The notes beneath the pieces are model-generated. The model was not told the origin of the DNA. It did not search any database and worked only from the letters and a program-made list of their open reading frames with translations. From contig JBJMMA010000185.1 of NCBI GenBank assembly GCA_045805065.1, forward strand, positions 1 to 47,121: a stretch of DNA of 47,121 nucleotides, in the 5' to 3' direction. Position 1 is the first letter of the stretch. Each line of letters opens with the position of its first letter. The stretch comes from Bdellovibrionia bacterium. Its GTDB lineage: Bacteria; Bdellovibrionota; UBA1018. Made by a program: the position numbers and the translations under genes. Shown one piece after another: positions 27,120-38,041 of the stretch.

Positions 27120-27195
27120 TGGTGGGTTGGGACGGAATCGAACCGCCGACACATGCCTTTTCAGGGCATTGCTCTACCGACTGAGCTACCAACCC
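27120..27195 (-). tRNA. tRNA-Phe (GAA)
   Basis: 76 nt; acceptor stem GGGTTGG/CCAACCC, anticodon arm ATGCC-CTGAAAA-GGCAT, T-loop GTTCGATTC, encoded CCA. Confidence 0.97.
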
Positions 27196-27250
27196 ACATG
27201 GAAGGAAGAAATCCTAGGTATGCGATCTGCGGTCAAAACGCAACGGAGAA

Positions 27251-29653
27251 TTACTCTCTTTTGCCCACGGTGGCTGGTAAGGCTAAGATTTGACCCTTGC
27301 GTTTGACGCGAAGCGTAACTTTCTGTCCTGGCAAAAGATTGCTCAAGACCTCGGTGAACTTGTTCAAATCATCAATAGAATAAACAACCGGAGCTCCAAC
27401 TCCCTGAGGATTGGGAGCTTCGATGGCCATTAAAATATCTCCCTCACGAACGCCTGCTTGGTCAGCCGGACTGCCAGGACGGGTGCCGGCAAGCGGAACG
27501 CCTCCACCTTGAGCGCCAGCGCCGCCAGGGCCAGAAGGCGAGGAGAGTGTTGAGTAATCGGGAATCGTTCCAAGGTAAGCTCCGTGCGAGTGCTTGCCGC
27601 CAATTTTGCCAAACGCGTGAGTGCCCTTCGCCTTTTGATAGGCGAGGCGCTGGCGGGGGGATCCTGCATCGAGCGCAAGGGCTGCTACGACTTCCGCGAC
27701 TTGAACGGTGCCCGTAGCATTGATCTTATCCGCAGTGTCCGAGGCCCGGTGATAATCCGCATGAGGGCCAGTGAAGAAATGAAGGACCGGCACATGATCA
27801 ATGTAGAACGCCATATGATCGCTTGGACCGTAACCATCACCGCCACCGACGCAGTTCAATCGACGAAGCACGCATTCTTTATCCACAAGCGCTTTCCACT
27901 CACGCGCGGACTCTGAGCCAAAAACTGTGAGCTTGTTGTTTTCAAGTCGGCCCACCATATCGAGATTAAGCATCGCCTTGGGCTTGATCTTTTTAGATTT
28001 CAAAAGCTTCACAAACTGAGAGGAGCCCGCGATCCCTGCTTCTTCTCCCGTGAAAGCCGCAAAGACATAACAGCCTTTTTTGGAATTGGGATCCGCTTGA
28101 ATGATTCGCGCAGCTTCAAGCATGGCTGCAACACCCGAGGCATTGTCATCAGCGCCTGGATGAATTACGCGACGATTGAGCTCGAGTGAGTTCTCTGATC
28201 CATAACCTAAATGATCCAAGTGCGCGCCAACTACGACAGGGGCAACCTTTCCGCAACCATCGCCCCAGCGTCCGATCAGGTTTTCCGAATTCACAATGCG
28301 TTCGACCTTTTTCTCGCGCAGCTTCACCTGGACGGGCTGACGATAAGTTTCGAGATAAGGCTTAAGATCCATCTCGCGATATGCTTTTTCGACAATATCG
28401 AGAGCCTTTTCCATCCCCGGAGCTCCGGGCTCGCGCCCTTCTAAGGTAGGATCAGCGAGCACTCGAATCAGCGATGCCGCGCGATCCGCAGGATCCTTCT
28501 GATTGACGGGCGCGCCTTCGCCGCCGACCCAGTCTGCGATAAAGACATTGGTCTCATGAGGCGCTTTGGCGTTTCGATTGGAGGAGAACGCAAGATACTT
28601 TCCATCGGGCGAGAACATCGGAAAGCTCTCAAACGTATTGGAGTAGGTGACTCGCTCAAGACCTGTTCCATCGATTCGGATCTGATAAAGGTCAAAGTGC
28701 CTGCCGTGAGGATCGCGAGGATTGGAGGCAAAGATCACATGCCTTCCGTCGGGCGTAAAATAAGGAGCAAAACTTGCGACGCCCAGACGAGTGATTTGCC
28801 TTGCGTGCGATCCATCCGCCATCGCTACCCATATCTCAAGCTCCGTTGGCTTGACGAGATGATTCTTTAAAAGAGCGCGATACTCAGCGGCTTCACCGAC
28901 TTGAGGACTTTTTCCTGGGCGTGGACGTGATGCACGCCAGACAATCATCTTACAATCCGGAGAAAAAGCCGCGCCGCCATCATAGCCCAGAGTGTTTGTC
29001 ACTTGCTTGATGTCGCGAATCGTCCCAAAGGGTTCAAGCTTTGCTGTGTAAAGATCAAGATCTCCTCCACGATCGCTCGTAAAGATCACGCTTCCGTCTT
29101 TGCATACCGTGGTTTCAGCGTTGTAAGCGCGGGGCTGGCCTGGCTCAATCGGAAACAAATCGCTGCCATCAGGCTTTGAGCTGTAAATGCGATACGTAGG
29201 ATAAACGGGCCAGACATAGCCTTTGGATAAATCAGGCGGGGCAGGGCACGCAGGATCGGTGGCGAAAGTGCTGCTATAAAGAATCCGCGAATTGTCGGGA
29301 TAGTAAAACGCGCAAGTCGTGCGGCCCTGGCCATTGGAGACGCGCTCGTTGACTTTGCCATCCACGCTCAGACGATAAATCTGATCGCAGTTTGCGGGGC
29401 TGTTCCCAGCATCTTTATGCTGGTAACTCAGCCATTCGCCATCAAAGGACCAATAGGCCTCGGCATTGGTTCCGCCAAACGTCAGCTGGCGAATATTTTT
29501 GAGATGCTGCTCCCCTTCGAACTGCAGCGCTGGATTCCCCTCGGATGCCACGCGATGATGCGAGCACGCGGAGGTTGCGAGGACCCCCAGAGCCGTGAAG
29601 AGAAGAGTTGCGAAGTGCTTCAGCCGACGAGAGGGTGCGAACCGAGAGTGCAT
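27251..29653 (-). CDS. Lipoprotein with TolB-like PD40 propeller, M28 aminopeptidase and PDZ domains
   Basis: TSAC lipobox, repeated FSPDG, GAHLDH, GADDNASG, GEE, NLDM, SDH, DYH, PDZ 'PGSPADQAGVREGD'. Confidence 0.92.
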   Translation of the reverse strand: MHSRFAPSRRLKHFATLLFTALGVLATSACSHHRVASEGNPALQFEGEQHLKNIRQLTFGGTNAEAYWSFDGEWLSYQHKDAGNSPANCDQIYRLSVDGKVNERVSNGQGRTTCAFYYPDNSRILYSSTFATDPACPAPPDLSKGYVWPVYPTYRIYSSKPDGSDLFPIEPGQPRAYNAETTVCKDGSVIFTSDRGGDLDLYTAKLEPFGTIRDIKQVTNTLGYDGGAAFSPDCKMIVWRASRPRPGKSPQVGEAAEYRALLKNHLVKPTELEIWVAMADGSHARQITRLGVASFAPYFTPDGRHVIFASNPRDPHGRHFDLYQIRIDGTGLERVTYSNTFESFPMFSPDGKYLAFSSNRNAKAPHETNVFIADWVGGEGAPVNQKDPADRAASLIRVLADPTLEGREPGAPGMEKALDIVEKAYREMDLKPYLETYRQPVQVKLREKKVERIVNSENLIGRWGDGCGKVAPVVVGAHLDHLGYGSENSLELNRRVIHPGADDNASGVAAMLEAARIIQADPNSKKGCYVFAAFTGEEAGIAGSSQFVKLLKSKKIKPKAMLNLDMVGRLENNKLTVFGSESAREWKALVDKECVLRRLNCVGGGDGYGPSDHMAFYIDHVPVLHFFTGPHADYHRASDTADKINATGTVQVAEVVAALALDAGSPRQRLAYQKAKGTHAFGKIGGKHSHGAYLGTIPDYSTLSSPSGPGGAGAQGGGVPLAGTRPGSPADQAGVREGDILMAIEAPNPQGVGAPVVYSIDDLNKFTEVLSNLLPGQKVTLRVKRKGQILALPATVGKRE

Positions 29654-29697
29654 GCTCCATTGAATGGCATGCTTTCCCGACTCGTGACAAGCGTCTC

Positions 29698-30480
29698 TCA
29701 GTTTTCTTGGTCAGCATTATTTGGATCGTACTCTGCGGGTGGAGGCAGGGCGCCAAGATTAGTGTCTTCTGCGTTTTCTTCAACAGCTGCAGCCTGGCCC
29801 GTGCGAATCGTGTCAGACGAAGCTGCTTGAGGTGCAGCTTGAGGAGCTGATGCTGCACGCGCTGCCGGAGCCGTTTGAGCGGGAGCCGCGACCGCTGCGC
29901 GTTGTTGCATGCGTGCGGAAACTTGAGCTTCAGCGGGTGCTTGAACTTGTGCTTGAGCTGCAGTGCCTTCAAGCGTGCTTTGAATGAGCTCAAGCTCTTT
30001 CAAGGTATGAGTGCGGTAGTCGTATGCGCGTCCGTATTTGCGAACCAGATTTTCGACGATCTTGAGGCGCTGAAGAATCGCATCAGACTGGTTGGAAGGA
30101 ACAGCATCATATGCTGCGGCCGGGGCTGCGGCTGAAGCGGCTGCTTTTGGTGCGCTTGCTGCCGGCATTGCTGCTTTTGCTTTAGCAGCTTTGTGAGCCT
30201 TTGCAGCGGGTGCTGCAGATGCTGCAGGTAAAGTCGCTGGCGCGGTCGGAAGAGTAGTTTCAGCAGAGTCAGAAGAGTCAGACTCGACTGGCGCTGCGAA
30301 GCCTGCGGCTACTCCGGGTTGCATCTCGCTTGCATCCGTTGCTGCGTAGATTTCTTTCGCTGGCGCCCTCTTGATCCGAGAAACAGCTGATGCCGTCTTA
30401 GGAAGAGCCAGGGGAAGTGCGAGTGGCATCAGTACGAGACTGAGAATTTGAGCTGACATTTTGGGGCAGCGAGACTTCAT
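29698..30480 (-). CDS. Secreted Ala-rich low-complexity protein
   Basis: GGGAG RBS before ATG 30480, signal peptide, central globular segment 'RKYGRAYDYR'. Confidence 0.75.
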   Translation of the reverse strand: MKSRCPKMSAQILSLVLMPLALPLALPKTASAVSRIKRAPAKEIYAATDASEMQPGVAAGFAAPVESDSSDSAETTLPTAPATLPAASAAPAAKAHKAAKAKAAMPAASAPKAAASAAAPAAAYDAVPSNQSDAILQRLKIVENLVRKYGRAYDYRTHTLKELELIQSTLEGTAAQAQVQAPAEAQVSARMQQRAAVAAPAQTAPAARAASAPQAAPQAASSDTIRTGQAAAVEENAEDTNLGALPPPAEYDPNNADQEN

Positions 30481-30833
30481 ATAAGGACTCCCTTTATACA
30501 GATCAAACGAGGCGGATCGGGCAGACGATCTGACGCATTGCGGTATATTGAATTGCGTCTGTTCTGTCAATGGCGGCCTGCAGCAGAGGTGGCCCCTCAA
30601 ACGAAGCGATGCTGGAATCCTGAAAATTATCGAAAAAGTCACATATTTCGAGGGTCGTTGAGTTGACAACCCACCAACTATGACCAATATACCCGCAGAA
30701 GGCTTAAGAACTTCAGGGGCGGTGTATTGGAGAGTTCGCGATAACTCGCTGAACTCATTAGAATTCCCTGCCCGCGACCTGTCTTAAGCGATTCAGGTTC
30801 CAAATCAAATACAACCTTAAGGAGGTTAAACCT

Positions 30834-31121
30834 ATGCAAGTTCGTCCGTTGCATGACCGTGTTCTGGTTAAGCGCTTCAATGAAGAAGAACGCTCTAAGG
30901 GTGGCATCATCATCCCTGACACTGCGAAAGAAAAGCCGGTTCAAGGCGAAGTCATCGCAGTTGGCCAAGGCCGCGTGACCGAAGACGGCAAGGTCCGTCC
31001 TTTGGACGTCAAGAAAGGCGATCGCGTCTTGTTCGGCAAATATGCCGGCAACGAAATCAAGATCGACGGCGAAGACTATTTGATGATGCGCGAGGAAGAC
31101 ATCCTCGGCATTCTCGGCTGA
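30834..31121 (+). CDS. groES: Co-chaperonin GroES
   Basis: '[11 protein letters not shown]...[13 protein letters not shown]'. Confidence 0.99.
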   Translation: MQVRPLHDRVLVKRFNEEERSKGGIIIPDTAKEKPVQGEVIAVGQGRVTEDGKVRPLDVKKGDRVLFGKYAGNEIKIDGEDYLMMREEDILGILG

Positions 31122-31154
31122 TTTTTTCTCTAATTACCGCAGGAGGTAACTTAA

Positions 31155-32798
<1,644 letters not shown>

Positions 32799-32848
32799 TT
32801 TGTTCGCTAGGCAGTTGGGTAACCAACACCAAGCGTAGCAAAACGATT

Positions 32849-32882
32849 AGGCCAGAAAAGCACTGCTTTTCTGGCCTTTTTG
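32849..32882 (+). terminator. Intrinsic terminator after groEL
   Basis: AGGCCAGAAAAGCA-C-TGCTTTTCTGGCCT followed by a T run. Confidence 0.9.
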
Positions 32883-32897
32883 TTTTCTAAACCTGAA

Positions 32898-33227
32898 TTA
32901 GAAAAAGAGTTTGAAGCGAAGATTATATCCACCCGTTCCATGGTGAGTGGCGTTGTTGATCATGCTCTCAAAAAGAGAATCATAACGAACAAATCGCTTT
33001 ACCAAAGAGCCCTGGCCCGAAGGTTTTTCAATCCCTTCCGTGCAGGATCCGCAACTCCATCCCAGGTCGGCATCGTCTTGGGACGAGGCGCTTAGCTCGA
33101 GATGAAGTTGAGGCTGGGCGACCGCAATTCCGCTTGGGCCTCGTTCAAGCAGGGTGGCTGAAAAGGCAGCCATCGGCATTCCGGTCGTCAGGGCGAGGAG
33201 AGCGGGCAAAGTTGCGGTTAACTTCAT
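32898..33227 (-). CDS. Small secreted hypothetical protein
   Basis: AAGG before ATG, signal peptide, CxxC, C-terminal 'YNLRFKLFF'. Confidence 0.6.
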   Translation of the reverse strand: MKLTATLPALLALTTGMPMAAFSATLLERGPSGIAVAQPQLHLELSASSQDDADLGWSCGSCTEGIEKPSGQGSLVKRFVRYDSLFESMINNATHHGTGGYNLRFKLFF

Positions 33228-33360
33228 TGCCTTAAATGATCTGATACTTGATCAAATTAAGCAAGTATTAGATAATGAAAGGTTTGGGTAAGGTTAGCTA
33301 GGCATTTCAATAGGTTGTATCCGCTATTTTTTTAACGGATTTATGTGTTAAGCCAGATCC

Positions 33361-34269
33361 ATGTCCTCAGCTGTCTCTAGCCGTTGGCTCAAGTGTATTT
33401 CAACCGAAGGTACCATTCGTGGAGTGGCCATTCAGGCTACCGAGCTAGTTCGCTCTATGGTCGAGATGCACCAGCTTCAAGGGGCAGGCGCTCGGGCGCT
33501 GGGTGAAGCAGTCATTGGAGCGCTTCTCATTGCGTCCTACTGCAAAGACAAAGAGCGGATCAATCTCAACATCCGCGGCTCAAAAGGCATCTTCCAAGCC
33601 TTGGTGGATGCTTATCCGGATGGAACCGTGCGCGGTTACATCGTGGAGAAATCAATTGAGCTTCCGGATGATGGGATCGTTTTTGAAGATCCAAGACAAG
33701 GTCCGTGGGGTGAGGGAATGCTCTCGGTTTTGAGAACCAAAACCCAGGAGCGTGAGCAACCTTACATCGGCACCGTTCCGCTGGTCACAGGACATCTTGC
33801 GAAAGATCTGACATTCTATTGGATGCAGAGTGAGCAGGTGCCGTCCTCTGTCGGTATCGCCGTGGAAATGAAAGACGACCAGGTTGTCGCAGCCGGAGGA
33901 TTCCTGGTTCAGGCCATGCCTGGCGCGAGCGAAAAAGAAGTGAAGCTCATCGATGATCACATCCATGAGATGCATTCACTGGCTGAACAGCTTGCAACCA
34001 ACAGCGATCCTTTGGTGATTCTTTCCAAGATTTTTCAGGACACGGCCTTTGTACTCCTTGAGGAGAAGCCTCTTGAGTTCAAGTGCACTTGCTCCTGGGA
34101 GCGCGTGAGAAAGGCCCTGACTCTGGTCGGCACGGCAGAGCTCAGTGCGATGCTCAATGAAGATCACTCAGCATCGGTTCGCTGCGACTTCTGCACAAAA
34201 GAGTACCGCGCGGACGAAGACGAGCTCAAAAAGCTCATCGCCGAAGCGCGCGAGCGCGAAGGCGGCTGA
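33361..34269 (+). CDS. hslO: Hsp33 redox-regulated chaperone
   Basis: 'QSEQVPS', 'AAGGFLVQAMPG', Zn motif CTC...CDFC. Confidence 0.95.
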   Translation: MSSAVSSRWLKCISTEGTIRGVAIQATELVRSMVEMHQLQGAGARALGEAVIGALLIASYCKDKERINLNIRGSKGIFQALVDAYPDGTVRGYIVEKSIELPDDGIVFEDPRQGPWGEGMLSVLRTKTQEREQPYIGTVPLVTGHLAKDLTFYWMQSEQVPSSVGIAVEMKDDQVVAAGGFLVQAMPGASEKEVKLIDDHIHEMHSLAEQLATNSDPLVILSKIFQDTAFVLLEEKPLEFKCTCSWERVRKALTLVGTAELSAMLNEDHSASVRCDFCTKEYRADEDELKKLIAEAREREGG

Positions 34270-34305
34270 CCAGGGCGGGCGAGGCCGGCCCGAGATTTTA
34301 AAAAT

Positions 34306-35055
34306 TCAGAAAGTCACGCCAGCATGCAGGAAGAACGAGGTGTAGGTTCCGCCTACGTCAAACGTTTTGCCGTTTGAGAGCTGCTGAGTGTTTCCAAAGA
34401 CTTCGTTGAAGGTCAGCGCAGCGCCAAAGAAGAACTGCTTGGTGACTTCGAGATCAACGCCTGGGCCCAGGTGCACGCCAAAGAGCATCGGGCTGACGCT
34501 TTCAGCGACGTTCGAAGTAAGTCCCATCGCTCCAACATTGTAGCTCGGGCGATAAAAGCCCAGGCCAAACGAAGCATAAGGAATCACGCGATCATACCAA
34601 GCCAGGTTGGTGCGAAGGCCCGCGTGAAGATTCATCATCGACATCTTGCCATCAGAATGGCTTGAGTAACCGAGTCCTGATTCAAAGGCGAAGAGATCGC
34701 TGACGCCGTAGGTGTAGCGAAGTCCGGTTCCGATTGAATCCGCGTATTTATCGCCCAGGTTACCCATCAAAAAGACTTGGCCCATTTCCAGAGACACGTT
34801 GTTTGAGCCTGGAGCAAATGGGGAAGTGCTGTTTTGAACAGGAGCGTACTTCTCTTTTGTGTAGGATTTAGCGGAGCTAGGAGAGCGGTCCGAGGAGGCC
34901 CAAGAGGGCTGAGAGGACCAACTTGAGTTTGCCGAGGCAAAGGCTTCCTTTTGAGATGCCCAGTTGAGGCCTAAGATGGCAACGCTTGCCATAATAGAAG
35001 CTTTTGCCCCGACAGAAACTCGATTCGAAATACCAAAGTCCGGTAAAAGACGCAT
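34306..35055 (-). CDS. Outer-membrane beta-barrel protein (OmpW/OmpA-like, 8-stranded)
   Basis: AAGGAG RBS, signal peptide, amphipathic strands, C-terminal Phe. Confidence 0.8.
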   Translation of the reverse strand: MRLLPDFGISNRVSVGAKASIMASVAILGLNWASQKEAFASANSSWSSQPSWASSDRSPSSAKSYTKEKYAPVQNSTSPFAPGSNNVSLEMGQVFLMGNLGDKYADSIGTGLRYTYGVSDLFAFESGLGYSSHSDGKMSMMNLHAGLRTNLAWYDRVIPYASFGLGFYRPSYNVGAMGLTSNVAESVSPMLFGVHLGPGVDLEVTKQFFFGAALTFNEVFGNTQQLSNGKTFDVGGTYTSFFLHAGVTF

Positions 35056-35064
35056 ACTTCACTC

Positions 35065-35096
35065 CTTGAAGTAAGAAAAAGTTTTCTTACTTCAAG
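35065..35096. promoter_or_regulatory. Perfect 15-bp inverted repeat at the 5' end of the OMP gene
   Basis: CTTGAAGTAAGAAAA-AG-TTTTCTTACTTCAAG, touching the RBS. Confidence 0.6.
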
Positions 35097-35188
35097 TCTA
35101 CCGGGCTTTTTTGCAGTGAGCAAACTTTTGGCTGATCGCAAAAAGTCTCACTCCAAAACCTGACTTATTAAGTCAGAGATTCTGAATA

Positions 35189-35548
35189 TTACTGATTCAG
35201 AATAGCGGCGCGGTTTGCCATGTCTGCTTGAGCAGGGTCTTGGTCAAACTGAGCGATTTCGCTGGTAACCTTGGAAGCAATATAGCCCGAAAAGGAGCCA
35301 TCGCCGTGGCGGATGATTTCCTTGAGGAGCTCAACGGAAGGCTGAGTCTTAGCCTTCTTTTCGCTTTCATAAAGGAGCTGAGTAAGAGTTGCTGCGGTGA
35401 TGTCGTTCTTCGTCTTGTTGTCGATCACGCGAAGATCTTCGCCGCCCTTGATCATCTTGGCGATCTCGTCCAAAGTGACGTAGCTGGACTCATGAGTGTC
35501 ATACAGCTTTCTGTTCTGGTAGCGCTTAATAATTTTCATTTCTTTCAT
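35189..35548 (-). CDS. PhaR-like PHB_acc_N DNA-binding regulator
   Basis: 'IIKRYQNRKLYDTHESSYVTL...VIDNKTKNDITAATLTQ'. Confidence 0.9.
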   Translation of the reverse strand: MKEMKIIKRYQNRKLYDTHESSYVTLDEIAKMIKGGEDLRVIDNKTKNDITAATLTQLLYESEKKAKTQPSVELLKEIIRHGDGSFSGYIASKVTSEIAQFDQDPAQADMANRAAILNQ

Positions 35549-36097
35549 GATTCCCCCTAGTTAAGTAAAAGTCCCCCGACTTTTATGACGTTCAACTGGT
35601 TATTAGGTTCCTGTGACGTCCCTATCACGCGGAGCTTTCAAAAGATTCCATATCAAACAGGAACAACTCACATCGCTTACTGCCTACTTACGATCCACTA
35701 CTGCACTACGATTGTTTCTGCTTTACTGGACAATCTTGACTCACTGGGAAAACTGCATCCCGTCCTCGGTCGCTTCAAAATTCGAAGGCAATCGAAACGG
35801 ACGGCAGATACGCCACAACGTGTCATAGCTTGTACTTTAGCCAAATAACAACCCGCTGCGCCGAAGTCAAGTGCCGCTCTAGAAGCCGCACACAGGGTTG
35901 TCATCCTGCAGCTAACGCACCCAGTAAAGCATGGCTCCTGTTTTAACGCAAGAGGCCCAACTGGTGCTGGTCTCGGGGCAATGCACGTAGCGTTCCAATT
36001 GGCTGGTCGCATGAAGACCGTTCAAATAATGACGCGAGAAGATTTTCAGATTTTCTAACAGAATGCCGAAAAAGTGTCTGGAGGGGAGCTTAATCCC

Positions 36098-38041
36098 ATG
36101 AAAAATTCACCAACCAGACGCGTACGGATCGTACAAAAAAGCCTACCAAAGTTAGGTGTTTTCCTGCTGGGAGTTCTCAGCTCCTGCGCTACGCAACGCG
36201 CACAAATGGATGAACTCAGCGCCCCGAAACAGGCTCCCAGAGAGGTGCTGCAGGTAGATAGCGGATCGCGTCGAAAAGTGCCTGACTTCACTCGCTCTAC
36301 CGAAGCGAATGCCGAATACCACTTCAGCATGGCGCAGGCTTATGTGAATGAAGGGAACCCGGATCGCGCCATCGAAGAGTACAAGCTCACCCTGATGTAT
36401 GATCCAAAGTCCGCCCTCGTTTATTCCCGCCTCGCAGGGGAGTATATCAAAAAGGGAATGTTGAGTGCTGCAATGGAAGCTTGCAAAGAAGCATTGCAGC
36501 GCGATCCAAATTTCACGGATGCACGACTGATCCTGGCTGGGCTCTATTCTTCTGCCCATGACGATGAGTCTGCCATCAAGGAATACGATGCGATTCTTAA
36601 GAAGAATCCTCGCCACGAGGAAGCAGTCATCTATAAGTCCCAGGTTCTGGGCGAGGCAGGCCATGTCGATCAGGCTGCCCAGACCCTGAAAGCGTTTCTG
36701 AAGAAGAACCCAGACTCCGTTCTGGCCTATTATTACCTGGGTCGCACTGAGCAGGCCCAGCGTCACTTTAAGGAGGCAGTTGTCGCTTACCGCAAAGCGA
36801 TGACCCTGCGCCCTGGCTTTGCCCAACCTGCACTCTCATTGGGACTCCTTTATGAGGAGCGCCAGATGAACAATGAAGCGATTGAAGTTTACAAGGATCT
36901 CTTTGATGCCACTCAGGAGGCATCGGCTGCCAATCGTCTGGCCACGCTTTACCTGAAGGCTGAGAAGTACTCCCAAGCCCTTCCTTATCTGGAGTCGGTC
37001 GAGGCATCTGATCCAGATGACATGAACGTCCGCGTCAAGCTTGGGTTGATTCGAATGGAGCTCAAGGACTACTCGAAAGCGATCACTACCTTTAGTTGGA
37101 TTCTGGATCGCAATCCGGATTCCGATCGTGTGATCTACTATCTGGGCCATGTCTATGAAGAGGTTCATCAGACGGGAAAAGCGATTGAGGAGTTGAAGAA
37201 GATCAAGCCTGCTTCTCATTTATATGATGAGTCAGTTCTCCACGTCGCCTACCTGCTCAAGCAGGAGAACCGCCTGGCTGAGGCCAAGAGCTATTTGAAT
37301 GATGCGATTGAGCGTACTCCGACGATCGCCAACTTCTATGTGTTCCAGGCAAGTCTGGAAGAGGACGCAAAAAACTTCGATGGCGCAGTGAAGGTTCTCG
37401 AGCGCGGCCTGAAGAAGCTGCCTGAGGATGAGAAGATCCTCTACTATCTGGGCAGTATGTATGATCGCCAGGGCAAGACGGATCAGGGGCTTGCTGCGAT
37501 GGAAACGATTCTCAAGGTCAACCCAGACAATGCGGATGCGCTGAACTACATCGGTTATACTTGGACAACGCGCGGTGAGCGCCTCGATGATGCTGAGCGC
37601 CTGATCAAGCACGCCTTGACGCTGCGTCCGGATAACGCGTTCATTCAGGACAGTTGGGGTTTTTATCTTTTCACGCGCGGTCGCCTTTCGGAGTCCGTTG
37701 TGCAATTAGAAAAGGCCGTCAAGCTCAAGCCAAATGAGTCTACGATTTTAGAGCATCTGGCGGATGCGTATCTTCGAGCTAACCTTGAAGAAAAAGCATA
37801 CGCTCGATATGGTGAAGCAGTTCGTTTTGCCGAAGATTCGGCAAGCCGGCAAAAACTCGAAGCCAAAGCGTTGAGCTTGCATCGAGTGCTGGTGCAGAAG
37901 GGCAAGATCAGCCCAACAGAGAGTGCTCCTGAATATGCTCACGAAACGACACATGAGTTTTCCCGCGATATTTCCCAAGACTTTTCGAAGTCGGCTCGCT
38001 CACAAGATCGCGTTCCTGCAAAGCAGACGGATTCAAACTGA
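36098..38041 (+). CDS. TPR-repeat lipoprotein
   Basis: GGAG RBS, LSSC lipobox, many TPRs, 'ALNYIGY...DSWG' C-terminal signature. Confidence 0.92.
   Translation: MKNSPTRRVRIVQKSLPKLGVFLLGVLSSCATQRAQMDELSAPKQAPREVLQVDSGSRRKVPDFTRSTEANAEYHFSMAQAYVNEGNPDRAIEEYKLTLMYDPKSALVYSRLAGEYIKKGMLSAAMEACKEALQRDPNFTDARLILAGLYSSAHDDESAIKEYDAILKKNPRHEEAVIYKSQVLGEAGHVDQAAQTLKAFLKKNPDSVLAYYYLGRTEQAQRHFKEAVVAYRKAMTLRPGFAQPALSLGLLYEERQMNNEAIEVYKDLFDATQEASAANRLATLYLKAEKYSQALPYLESVEASDPDDMNVRVKLGLIRMELKDYSKAITTFSWILDRNPDSDRVIYYLGHVYEEVHQTGKAIEELKKIKPASHLYDESVLHVAYLLKQENRLAEAKSYLNDAIERTPTIANFYVFQASLEEDAKNFDGAVKVLERGLKKLPEDEKILYYLGSMYDRQGKTDQGLAAMETILKVNPDNADALNYIGYTWTTRGERLDDAERLIKHALTLRPDNAFIQDSWGFYLFTRGRLSESVVQLEKAVKLKPNESTILEHLADAYLRANLEEKAYARYGEAVRFAEDSASRQKLEAKALSLHRVLVQKGKISPTESAPEYAHETTHEFSRDISQDFSKSARSQDRVPAKQTDSN

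Larger units (their letters stand above)
20366..27132. mobile_element. Putative tRNA-Phe-integrated genomic island, no integrase visible
   Basis: AAATGGTGGGTCGGGA (20366-20381) matches the tRNA 3' end AAATGGTGGGTTGGGA (27117-27132) at 15/16. Cargo looks more AT-rich and includes a TA pair. Confidence 0.65.

Noticed and set aside
30758..30784. CIRCE element upstream of groES
   Set aside because: The left arm TTAGAATTC matches 7/9, but the right arm after N9 does not resemble GAGTGCTAA.
35300..35311. ATCGCCGTGGCG, partial copy of the array motif inside the PhaR-like gene
   Set aside because: Only 12 nt, outer arms not palindromic, and explained by coding sequence (IRHGD).
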